Shown here: positions 12,514-25,700 of the stretch, one piece after another
Layout of the letters: each line of letters begins with the position of its first letter
How positions within the stretch are numbered: position 1 is the stretch's first letter
Source: Aplysia californica
Taxonomy: Eukaryota
Reading direction: 5' to 3'
Length of the DNA: 60,905 bases
Assembly (NCBI RefSeq): GCF_000002075.1
Contig: NW_004798372.1
Span: 81,338 to 142,242, forward strand
Program-made: the position numbers and the translations under genes
The notes under the pieces: model-generated
What the model was told of the DNA's origin: nothing
What the model saw: the letters and a program-made list of their open reading frames with translations, nothing else
Databases searched by the model: none

Positions 12514-15500
12514 CAATAACCAGGGCTTTAAAATAGATAACACATGAGCTGAGATAAGAGTAAGCTACAGAGCAATCTGTTTTATCAGCTTCAATATTCA
12601 ACACACCCCACCGAGTTGTCTGTTGCATTTGGCAGCTGCTCGTGACAGTCACACCTCTACTCGGAGAACAGGCCCTCTTATTTTCAGAAAGCCAACGCGC
12701 AAGAATTTAGATAAAACGCACAAGAAACGAATTGACTGCAAATTGTTCTGACCGTTCTAAGTTTAGAAAGCAGAATTTTTAAGAACATGAAACAATGCCA
12801 CAGCTTGAGAAGTCATGCAGATTCTACAACATGAACTTTGAATCTGGCCTAAAATATGACTGCTCCACATATTTCCCAGATAGGTAACAATAATTACTGC
12901 TTGGTTTACTCTCAGGGTGATTTTTTTTGCTTATTCCCATCCTAGGGGTGCAATGATATTGCAAATTTTAGAAACTTTTCTCTGTTAAAATTTTTCTTAC
13001 ATTTCATAATGATAATGGTCAGAGACAGAAGTATCTCATTGAATTGTTTAAAAAATCTTGTTGTCTTCACAGTTCCATAACTCAGTTTGTTCCTTGTTGG
13101 CTTAGAATGCATAATACCATCTAAGGTGCTTAGGTCCAAGTTCATGTGTGAAGTAACCTACTTCTTTTTTTTGTTAATACACTACTTGTTATTTATATTG
13201 TTTCTGTACAAAGGTTTTGACAAATCGTTTTTTTTTGCAAATGATTTTTATTGAATTGTGATATCCTTTTTAAAAAAAAAACTATATGATGGCTTACACA
13301 ATAAATGTAGTGTTCATGTACATATAATTCTGTGTATTATTTTGTAAGCAAGTTATCACTTGCATCAATCATGTCACATTTGTCAGCACAAAGATGAGAA
13401 CTTGTCTGCACTGTGGATTGGTTAGTTGTGTGTGGTTCCTCTTATCAAGTGTCACAGACGAGGGAAAAGTCGTGACACGTGTAAGTGTTGTCTTAATACT
13501 TGCTTCTGTCTGATCGCAGATGCATGCGTTTTTAGTCTGCCGTCTGTCTATTCGACCTCTTCCAGAATGGGAAGATATTTGTGCTGTGTGTGATTGTCTT
13601 GGCTCTCAGCACAGACAGTTCTTTTGTTTAGTCAGGACAATCCCCTTTGTTTTGATATTAGTTTGAAAATTGGTGAAGTATCGGTACCTTGCCCTTGAGT
13701 TACCCTTGCCCTGTTCTACCTAGCTTAAATACTACATCTGACCTTACTTGAAATGACGTCATGAGGTTGTTGAAAAAACATACACTTATACTTAAAAGTT
13801 GTCTGATTGGTTTTCCACTGTTTTGAATATGGGTAGGGAATGCAAAAAAGACATCGTTGTATCTGACAATCAATGTATATCGGACCTTTCTAGTGGGTCA
13901 GGCTAAATACTGTTGCTCAAAGCTTAATTTTTAGGCAGAAATTCTGCTGCTGCTGTTCTTAATAATCTATTGAAATGTTACTTCTGTAATATTTTCTACC
14001 CTCTGAGCCCTAGCCATCGGTAAACCGGTACGATAGCTCGTAAAATTGCCTGTATGCCTAGCCACTGGTTCACTGGTTAGTGAGACTCTATCCACAACGC
14101 GGCCGGTTTGGGACAACAAAATGTGCACAGAAACAGTGTTTACTGCTCAGGATGTTACTGATTATTTTGAAGATCTTTCTGAATTAGATACTGGTAATGA
14201 CGAAGACTACCCTTAGTGTGGTATGGAATGTGATTCTGGTGATATGAAAGTGAGTAATATAGGTGTGAATCGCTCAGGAGAGGTAGCCTTGGGAGGTCAG
14301 TGCTCAAAGGGTTAAGGGGCAAAATGTGAGAATGAAATTCTGAAGAGTACAAGTACAATGCCTCAAATGCTCAAAGTATGTTATTATCAAGCACATTCCA
14401 CTTTCAGCTTCCTAGATTGTGTCTTTTACAAAGTCCATGGCTCTCCGACATGAGAACTAAAAATGGGGTATAAATAGTTCTCCTGCACAAGTGCCCTTAA
14501 CTTTGTTACTCGTGTGTGAATGAGCTGCAAAAATCTTTTGCACTTTCTGTTGCAGTGTTTTACTGCATCGACTCACCTTTTTATTGTATTTCACATAATT
14601 TGACAACTTATCGTACAGATTCATATACCGTGAAGCTGATATAACTTATACTTATTACTTATAGACATATTTCTGGTTTTTATTTCTACAATTTCATTGA
14701 TGAAGACTACCATTTCAATGTAAATTGGGAGACATTTTCATAACTGTTTGAAATATATTTCCATGTTTGTTCAGAATACTTTCTTGTGATAATATTGTAT
14801 TGTAAGAGTAATTGTACTGTATTCTTGTTATTGCATAGAATCTACTGAAAGTTCAGCAGTCAAATCTTTGCTAGAAGTTCTTGATTACTGAGTGATTAAA
14901 TGAAAGACATTTTATACAACTGCATATTAACATATAAAGTAAGTAAGGCATTCTTTTTTCTCGTTAACTCAGTCATTTTACTTATCAACATTATATTATT
15001 CTTTAGTTTCTAATAGTTATAAAAATACTTACTGAATAAAATCTGAATACAAAATAGCCTTTTGTGTTCTCAATATGTAAACTTTGTCTTAGTACATGTA
15101 GTCTAACCTTGTTTTACCACCACCCTTGGGACGGGTATGAAGTTGGTGGAACAGCAGGGCTGGAGGTTCATCACGGTTCATTTTTTGTATAGCGCTGACT
15201 GCCCAACATCGAGGAACATGATTCTGCTGTGTGATCTGTGTTTGAAAAGTGTCTTTTTCTTGGTGATATAACATGTAAATGCACATGTATTCAAAGCCGA
15301 GAGTCTTCTCTCTCTCTATTTCTGCCTTTCTCGTGGGAGAAAGATTATCAAGTAGCCAACCAGTGGGTATGAATTTGCATTGGTTAGAGAAGGATCACAC
15401 AACTCAGACAGTTGGCAGATGGTGGTGTGAAGGCAAAAATGCGTTTATATAGGTGTTCTCTTTTGTATATTGGCAAAACCTGGCGGTACAAGAGGGGGGG

Positions 15501-15742
15501 CGCGATACAACGAGGTTTGACATACATTTTGCCACAATTCTAACAGCCTGAAACTGGAAGAGCTTGGGCAGTTGTGGATGGCTCAAGTGTTCTTCAATGT
15601 AGTTTATTTTGTGACCAAAGTTATAAAGTTTAGGCACACCAATAGCTTAGCTGGTACCATGCTGAAATATAGTATGGATTACCCTCATACAAATTCTCAA
15701 ATGTGTGCTCTTTTATGATTAGGTAGGACTTTTGTTTGTTTT

Positions 15743-15900
15743 GTTTTAGTAGAGGGTTTTACGGGGCTCGCAACTGCATAAGATTAGAGGTGTTGCAAGA
15801 GAGTAAAAAACATAAAAAAAGAAGAAAGGGAGATAAGGACGATAGATGTTCGATAGGAAAGAAGGAGCAAACCACACCAGAGCACCCACCAACCACCCAC
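15743..15900 (-). repeat. Copy of the ~170-bp dispersed repeat
   Basis: Reverse complement matches 53290-53467. Confidence 0.75.
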
Positions 15901-18900
15901 GTAGGACTTTTCAAGGCTCTCATTCTCATGTCTTATTTAAATTTAAGAAGAACCATTATAAATAGTTTAGAAAGTTAATCCATCAACTACCACAGTTCAC
16001 CAGGAACAAGTTTGTTCTGAGTTCGAATAAAAAGACACACAACATCACAGTCAGTCATTCAGTGCAGTGGAAAAGTAAGACAGACCGACCAAAACAAGAG
16101 AGGGGAAAGGTAAAAACAAAGGGCCCACCAACAGTTCCCTCTATCCATCCGCCAAGAAGAGATGAGGATAATACAGTGCTGACAAGAAGTAGAGTAGCTG
16201 AGGATCAAACTTCAACCTCAAGTAACAGAAATTGTAATGAAAAAAATAAAGAAAAAGTACTTGGTGAAAAAAGGAACTGTTTGTTTGACTGAAGCGAAAC
16301 ACATCGAAATAATAATCATTCAGAGCATGAAAAAAGTAAGACGGACAAAAATTGAACTTCGTGATAACTCGTTTTTATTTTATTGTTGTCTTAAAAAGAA
16401 AAAAAATAACGTTGACAACATGTCTTATTCAGACACTGATGGTACAAAACAAAAGACGTACAGCGCCACCCACAACAACACAGTATCCTGTTGTTATGGA
16501 GACATGACACATACAATGAACAGGGCTAATCCAAAGTACATAGTACTTGGGTTGTGGGCCTTGAGCCCGAGGTTGTCATACTTCTACAAATAAAGTCTGG
16601 TGGTGGCGGTGGCTTCAGGGATGGAACTGGATCATAAAACCAATTGATCCATAGGGACGTTTCACAATACATGTTTCATACCAGGGGGTGAGCAGAGATA
16701 TTGCGTTTACGAATGCTCCGCACAGAAAAAAAACCCTCCCCAACTCAAACCCAATTTAAAAATCAAACTGATGAAAAATTCCAGAAGAATCAGAGAGCCA
16801 CTTCCACCCCTGCTTCCAATTGGAGTCAAAGTTTCAACAAAACATTTTTTTAAAGAATTACCAGCTGGTACATTGTTACTGTCAAGCTACACTGGCTAGA
16901 GAGTGGCCACTAATAAATGCATCCACATATACAGATGCCACCATGTCCGCTGAGGAAATGAGCCACATCGTAATATCAGAATAAACCACTGCACTATAGA
17001 AGTACTTGCGAAAAAAATCACCATTATATCAAATAGTACCAGTGATGAGTTCAAAATATACATACATTGAGAGAGCCTTGGCAGTCAGGCTAGTGGTTTT
17101 CTACGGTTTACAAGGAAAAAAACCAACCCATCTCAAAGACACAAAGAGTACAGGCAAGGGTATTAGAAACACAACTCGTACTCAAAAGTGATTTAACTTA
17201 GGAAGAGACGAATCCACTTCCAAATTCTCTCTCTCTCTCTAAAAGCAAGAGAATAGACATCCCCCACGACAAAATGCTTCTGATTTCTGATGAAAAAAAC
17301 TTTCCATTCATCCATGGACTTGAGACCTCAAAATACATCCAATTGTCAGTTTCAAAATCGAAGCATTGTAAATTACAGTGTTGAAAATAAAGGCTATAAT
17401 TCCTATTCTGTCTCTTTGATAAGAAGGAGAAGCCATAGAATGTCTAAAAAAACACACTAAAACAGCTCACACATGTTCAAAAAGGCTTTAAGAAAGAAGA
17501 AAAAGATCTTACTACAACACTATGGCACATAGCAAGCCGAGCTGAACCCACCATGAACATAGTTCAGTTTACCTACTAAGAAATGCAAATGGCATGCCAG
17601 TTCCCTTCTCATATCGGCAGCCCAAAACAAGAAGAAACTACTGTACAACAAAGACACAAAAGGCGACAGATACAAGACTGCAACAAGTCAAGCTTAGCAA
17701 AGACAAAGCATCATCAATCAATGAATCAGATTCAACTAACTGCTGGTCTTTTGAGAATGATTGGACACAACAAAAAACTTTGGATTGAGTAAGCAAACCT
17801 GCTGACTCTACTATGTACAACAAAATCTAGCACTTACTGAACACACAAGTGTCAATAAAATGTATGACAATATGAAAGCATGTATTCACATTCTGTGTAC
17901 AAAATAAAACATTACTGAAAACATTCTTACCATTATATAGTCATACTAACTCTCTAAGCAGTTTCTTCAACATTGGTATGAGCACACATAATGCCTGTGT
18001 CTTGAAAATCGAATGCACCCAGTACTTCAAGACCTCTGTATTTTATTCTGATACAACTGCTTCACTTTTTAACCACGATCTGAGATTTAAACAAAATCAC
18101 TCCAAACCGTACACATATATCCAACTATCAAACGTACACCTCTTTTGATCATCAACAGACCTCGACATATGCACTTCCAATTCTTGCATTGACACAAAGC
18201 CAGTATAAACATCAAAATATGTCATAAATGCAGCTAGGAATAACATGAATATGCATCACCTCACAACACATGACGAGCAAAACTTCACTGTTGACATGGC
18301 AAAACAAAGGAACTTTAAAAAATCAGATCAATTAAAGGTTATTCCACTATTAACATACCCACTTATTATGGACAACGCATTTACTTTCACACCAAAGCGG
18401 ACCAAAAACAAAGCCTGTAGGCCATCCACATCCTACTAAACTGTTATTCTCTCGGCTCCACCACGCAAAGGCAAATCAAGGTACACCAGCAGAGACTGGG
18501 TATGTATGAACACGGAAGCAGTTTGGCATGGAACAATTGAGATTAGCAAGCTGTTGGCTCTGTACAAAAGACGTCAAGACATAGCAGCAGTGTTTGATCT
18601 CCATCCATACCCCCCCCCCTTTCTCTATTGGAAACTCACAAATAAAATATTTTCTTAATAGCAGCAAATATTTATCCACTTCTAAGGCCAACATTTTGCA
18701 AAACATTTCTCCAATATTCTAAAACAAATGTGTACAGCTGAAAACATCATTCCCGATTAAACTAAATGCACAGCACTACTTGGGGCAGTCAATGAAACTT
18801 CACTATCTCACAAGAAATCACTCAAAGTCAATATGTGGAAAGGCAACCAACACCTCAAAAGGGTTCAAAGGGAACTCTTTTGTTCTAATAAAAAAAGAAA

Positions 18901-19761
18901 GCTAAAAAAATTTCCTTCTGATGTTTATAAGCACATTTAAGAAAATTCAGATTCGTGGGTTTATAAATCATCCTTGCTGTACAAGCTAGACTTGAACAAT
19001 GGCAGGAAAATAAAAGTCACATTCAGTGCTGGAACTGCCAAGATATTGGGGAAACTTGCCATGAAAAGTACATCTTTTTAAAGAAAAGTTAGAAATCCTA
19101 TAAACTACCTGTCTTCCTCCAAATGTTGCTTTACTTTTCATAAGACATTCTGCAGGGTGGGAATTTGTAGAGCAAAGATGAAAGAGTTCTCTTTGTCATC
19201 CTCCAGTGTGACCAAATTTGAGAAATGAACTAAGCCATCCAACAAATACAGGTAATGGAACCTATGGGGCATGTCATGCTGAAAAGGAAGGGTGGGGGAG
19301 GGGACACAGGACACAAGACGGGCAAATACATGTAATGTGGAGACAAAGGAGGATCGGTTCATGCTCAGTATAAGTTAAGTCTTCTGGTACTCTGTGAGGA
19401 AGAGGGGCAGGGCACCACAGCTCTGGGCAAAATGGACCAGGACAGTCATCCTCTGTGGTACAGTACTACACACAACACAAATAGCACCGGTCCTGGCAAA
19501 ATATGCAGCGGGAAAAAAAACCCCAAACTAACCATTCTTTCCACTGGGTCAATTACACCACTCACACTGTTTTTCCTCACACACGCAATGCAGAATAACC
19601 ACAAACACAGTCATCCTCACCTTCACATTTCTCAGAAAGCAATTTTTCGACATGCTGAAAAAAAAACCCCAAGCATCCCCCTCCCTCCAACATTCTTGCT
19701 TGCAAACATACAATTAACATCACCCCCCCCTCCCCCAACCAAATGTCGTGGAATTTGCCCC

Positions 19762-22700
19762 TCAGTCCTGCATTTCCTCTGGTACTTCATGAGGTCCCAC
19801 AATGCCTGGCACGGCCAGCTGTTGCTTGCGTTTTTCGTCCTGTGCACTTCTGATAGCCGTCTCTCTCTCCTCCAGGAACAAATCCTCCAGGTCTTCTCCA
19901 GCGAATTCCTAGAGGGAACAAAATAAATTTCATATAGTTCGGACCAAGATTGCTAATAGTAGTTTCAATTACAGACTTGCAATTTAAAAATAACTGAGAA
20001 GGTTCCTCTTATGCATGTAGCCACCCCTCCCCCCAACACACACACAAAAGAGTAAGCAAGCATCATCCATGACAATGTTAAAAATACACACACACAAAAA
20101 AAACCTTTCCACAATTACAGATAACTACTGTTGCCAAACAATTTTAATACACTGATTATATATATATATATTTCCATTTCTCTTTCCATTTTCCCTCTGG
20201 CTAGTCAACAACACGTCATCAACTATGCTGTTGTACACACGTACAGGGTGATTCAAAAAAAACTTTACAACTTTTTTTCGAAATATTTCGCGCAAATGTT
20301 GTTCTAGAAAGATGAAATTTGGAACAGATACACTTCATTCAAAAGGAATTTGTTTGACATAAAATTCACACAGAAAAAAATTGTTTTCAGAACGGAAAAC
20401 GCATTTTAAAAAACCACACCCATAAACGTAAAATGCGCCAGTTTAAAAACAAAAGACACTCTCGCAAGGAAAGTCATGAGACGATTGATTTGGTTTTTGT
20501 CTTCTTTTTCTTCATAACATTTAATTGGTCCAACCTTTTGACATTAAACAACATTTAACTTCTCTTAGGAATTTAAAGAACTAACATTTTTGTTCTGGAA
20601 TTTTTAAACAAATGCTCCAAATGTCCTCCTTTGGACTCCAAACATTTTTTAATGCATCGTTTGAAATGCTCGATGACGGCCAAACACAGTTCCCGCGAAA
20701 TGTTTCTCACTTCATCACGGATTGCTTGTTTCATAATTTCAATGTTTTCAAACTGGTTTTGAAATATCCTGTCCTTCAGATACCCCCACAAGAAAAAGTC
20801 TAAAGAATTCAGGTCAGGAGAATGCGGAGCCCAAATGTGTTCACTTCTGCGACTGATCACATGATCTCCAAATTGGACAGCTAGTTGTGTCATAGATCTG
20901 ACAGAAACGTGTGGATTGGTCCCATCTTGCATGAACCACTGGTCATGGCGATCCAAGTGTCAGAGTCTCCCCAGATCCGTGCAGAATTTCTTCAGCACCT
21001 CGATATATCGGTCTGTGTTCACAGTTGCAACATGTCCGTCTGCGTCTTCAAAAAAAAAAGGACCCACCAAACCATAGGTGCTTAAAGCCACCGACACTGT
21101 ACACCTTTCTGAAGGACAGGATATTTCAAAACCAGTTTGAAAACACTGAAATTATGAAACAAGCAATCCGTGATGAAGTGAGAAACATTCCGCGGGAACT
21201 GTGTTTGGCCGTCATCGAGCATTTCAAATGCGTTAAAAGATGTTTGGAGTCCAAAGGAGGACATGTGGAGCATTTGTTTTAGAAATTCCACAACAAAAAT
21301 GTTAATTCTTTAATTCCCTAAGAGATGCTAAATATTGTTTAATGTCACAATGTTCAAACAAATAAATGTTATAGAGGAAAAGAAGACAAAAATCAAATCA
21401 ATCGTCTCGTGACCTTCCTTGCGAGAGTGTCTTTTTTTAAATTGGCGCATTTTGCGTTTATGGGTGTTTTTTTCATTATGCTTTTCCGTGTGAAAATTAG
21501 TTTCTTCTGTATGAATTTTATGTCAAACAAATTCCTTTTGAATGAAGTTTATCTGTTCTAAATTTAATCTTTCTAGAACAACATTAGCGCGAGATATTTA
21601 GAAAAAAAGTTGTTAAGTTTTTTTTTTGGATCACCCTGTAAGTGGCAAAGCTTCAAGGAGAAATCATGCCAAGCCATAAAACAGCTTATTACATCATTTT
21701 TTTCAATACAAGTACAGTATAACCTGCTGTAATAGCCTCCTGTATAAGGCAATCACCTGTACAAACAACCACTTCCCACTCTTCATGTTTTTTTCTTCAT
21801 TATAATGACACTGCCCAGGACATTACCAGTTTACAATTACAACAACCAGTTTTTCCTCCATTATGGGTGGCCATACCATTTCGACTGAAAATATTAAATG
21901 ACACCCAAAGCATAAAATAAAGCATAGACCTCCTTACCCTAATTTGGACCAAGAAATCCCTTAAGTGCTCTTTCAGGGCATTGCAGTCTTGATCAAAACT
22001 GAAAAGGCCCTCAATGAAGATTTTGATTTGTTGTCTGGGGAAAGAAACCAAAAAAATTGTACATAAACCAAAGAATCACATAAGTGACTATCTTTTACAG
22101 ATGAGCTCAAGTATCTTAACAGCTGTTTACTTCCAAGAGATTCTAAAATTAGTAATACTTAAAAAGCCCCAAAAATGTGATTCCAAAAAGCAAAGACAAG
22201 ACAATGAAGCAAACATTTCAATACTCATTTGAACAACAACAAAAGAAGCAGTCAAGAGGTTTTCACCTTTTAACTCACTGGCTGCTGCACCTGAGGTGTC
22301 TTGGGAAAAATCGATAAACAAAGTGTTGCCATTACTCTTACCCCTTGGTTTCGAATTTCATATAATTTATTTTCTATTATTCGAAAGTGTTTTCGGGCTA
22401 GTCTTTACGGTTATGCAGCTGCTGTCCTTTATGAATCGATTGAGCATTGTTCCAGTTACATCCCTTGATAATTGACTTAGATTTAGATACAATTGGTCGC
22501 ATTTAAGCACGGGGGCTATCCCGAAAAGTGCTGTTTTGAGAAAATCGAAGCTAAAGTTTCTGCCCCTTGTTCAGTTTCTTGAAAATATGAGGAAAGTTTT
22601 GTCTATAACCACACAAATATACACACCAATGAAACCAAACTTCTCCTATAGGTAGGGCAATGCCCACTTTTGGTGTAGGTCAAGATTTCTTGAACCCCCG

Positions 22701-25700
22701 AAATTTGGGTTAGCCAGCTCGTCTCATCCTTAAAAGCGACCAATTTCCCAGGCAACCCAAAACGCATTTGGACATGATTACAAGCGAAACTCCCTACATT
22801 TTCAATATTGATGACTCATATGTTAATGGGTCAGAACGGACCTAGATCTAGACTTTCCAAGTGCTGAAGAAGATGACAGCAATGCTGAGCCAAATTATGT
22901 AGAAGGTTCAGAGTTTAGTAGAAGCAAGTGAAAGGCTGTATACGATGTTTCATTGTTGGGTGGTGCTAAGGTCACAAATATTTTTTTTACAAAGGTGCCA
23001 AAATTTTGGGCACTCTTCGGATGTTGAGCCATAAAGTGCCCGCAGCAAATGAGTTAACAAATAATCCCAATTCCGATAAAAACCTGTCAGCAGTGTAAAC
23101 AACAATCAATTCCAGCCTTACAAATTTGGAGCAGACCACTTTTCATTTGCATGTCATAGGAAATGACAAAATTTAAATACACCTCTCCTGTCCAATAAAG
23201 AACCTCGACAGCCACAGCCAATAGCTTCCCATCCCTTTGGGGGGGGGGGGGAGCGGGCAAACTTTTTCTAGAAGGTGCTCTTTATTCGTTCTGTTATGTA
23301 GGAAGCTGACAAACAAGGATCTTTCGGCTGTGGGTACATAACAACTTCAGCTTCTCAAAGCTGGTGCACACCATGTTTCTTTGGCATATCATAGGAAGAT
23401 ACTCACTCGTTCAGGTGTGGGAAAGCTGTCTTGAGCAGAGAGAGGAGGAACTCCTGCACATAGGCCACGTTCTGTGCCGCAGCCATGTTGGGAGAAAGGG
23501 GCACGGTGATCTTGTTGTGCTCCAGCAGGTTGAACATGTATGCCAAGATGGTGGCCTGCAGCGTCAGGCCTGGAAAAACGCACACACAGAGACAGTTTCA
23601 GTTTGAGAAGGAAAAAAAAGGCATTTTGACACAAAAATTGTCACATTTTGTGCAGGGAACTGGCAAGATAGACAGAAACGAAAGAGGGGAAATAAAGTAG
23701 GACCTACCAGCGGTATTCTTTAACCATCCCCACACACAAAAACCACAAGTCAGATATTTCCGCGACACTAAAGCTTCCACTTTTAACTTAAACCATACAG
23801 AGGGGTTGAAGGGGGCATCCGCAGCGGACGTGCATCTCACCTGCTGTGTGGGAACTGTCAGTGATAACGGAGAAGAGGTGCTGCAGAATGTCTGTGAAGT
23901 AGGTCTGGTAGAAGCTTTGGGCCGTGCCCTCTTGCCTGGACATCTCCTGCAGGAGCACGTACAAGATGTCAAGCCCTGTGTCTGCCACGTTACGCATTGT
24001 GTGCTTGAAGGCCCAGATGATTGAGTCTAGCACCAGTTTGAACTGAGCTGCTGGGATGTTCAACAGGGCTGAAACAAATAATTATGAAACATTTTGTATG
24101 ACAATGTCCTTTCTATAGCAATTCTCAGCATGGTAAATTCTAGGTCTCTCTTTTCGACAGCCTTCAAGCAACAAAAAACTACAAAATCTTGGAATGAGGA
24201 CCAAAGAACAATAAATTGAACCAATTGTAGTTTTGCAAAAAGGATTACTTTACAAACGAATTGACACAATAGTAGGTATAAAGGCACGGGACAGTTGTTC
24301 TCACATAAATCTTAAAAACTGAATATTACACAAAACTTAGCATACATGTATTTCTTAGCCACAAACATTTTATCTCAAACTATTAATGTCTAAAACATTC
24401 ATACATTGTCAAGGAGAAAAGTGGCCATATTACACAGAGCCATTATATTATTTTTTTAAAACCCAAAACTAAGGGGTAAACTGGAAGTGGCTATTTGTAC
24501 AGATGCTTGCGTTTTATACAAGTGGCTGTTAGAGCTCAATATACAAATAGTTATAAACAGCAACTAGATACTACTTACCTTGAAAACTGTGGGAAGTAAC
24601 AGCTTGCAATAACAAGAAAAAGTTTGTTCTGTGTTCTGGAAACTCCTCAAAATCCTGAAATGAAATCAAACCAAATGAATAAGTACCCATTCTGACCACT
24701 AAAACTTTTCAGCATTGTCATAAATTAATCAAAAGCATCCCTATATCTTACTTCAAAGAAAAGCACTAAAAGCACTCTGAACCTGTTGGCAGTCTTGTTG
24801 AAAGGTACAAAAAAATCAGGACATGGGACAAAACAACAGCAAGTGAATGAGCAAAGGGGGAAACAAGTTTCCATTATCATTTACAGTAAGGCACAAAACT
24901 ACGAAGGATACCTCACAACAATTAATAGGTTGACAAGGTAGACTGTAACAACTAAAGCTAGGCAAATAAGGACATCCATTCTAGTTGAAAAATATACATA
25001 AAATATCACTGCAAGCACACATGTGAAATTTACTTCGATGAACTGTCTCTTTCCATTTTTCATATATACTCTAACCACTGGATCAATACCTATGGTTTCA
25101 AAATGACCTGTCTATATTATGTCCAGCATTCAAGCCTATAAAAACATTTTTTTGAAACCAGCACATACGACGGTAAACCTCCAACATTTTAGGGACAGAC
25201 CACGTTACCCTAACTCATTAATCTATCCTGTCCCCGTGCTTCTTTTTCATCATTCTTTTTTTTGGCAAGTGTTTTACGGCGCTCGAAACAGCATAAGGTC
25301 ATATGAGAGCGCAGGAACACATCAAACATTTTGAGTTGGTAGGGAATTTTGCTTGGGTGGCGGCCTGAATTTAGACCACCAAGGGATCTTTAACTTGCGC
25401 AACTTGCACTCAGGACCTCCAAGATTTTTCGCCCTTGTCTGAGAAGGCTAGGTGTAGATCTTTCCTACCAGCAGATCAGGGGTGTGGCTGAAAGACAGCA
25501 GTAAGAAGGAGCCAAGGAGTAGCAGTAGAAAGACTGCAGAAAGAGTCAGGAGCCCAGAGGAGAGGGCAAAGGAGGTGAGGGGGTGGGGGCAGAAAGTGGA
25601 GACGAAAGCAGATGACAGAACATTACTAGAGAGCAGGAAAGGAGGTGAAAGGAGACCATTTTTGGGAAGAACAGTTTTCGGTCGCTACCGGGATTTTAAC

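Noticed and set aside
19432-19926. 164-aa + strand ORF, and a suspected frameshift in the last XPO1 exon
   Set aside because: The ORF is antisense to the XPO1 terminal exon/UTR; careful reading gives an intact frame ending EEMQD-TGA.
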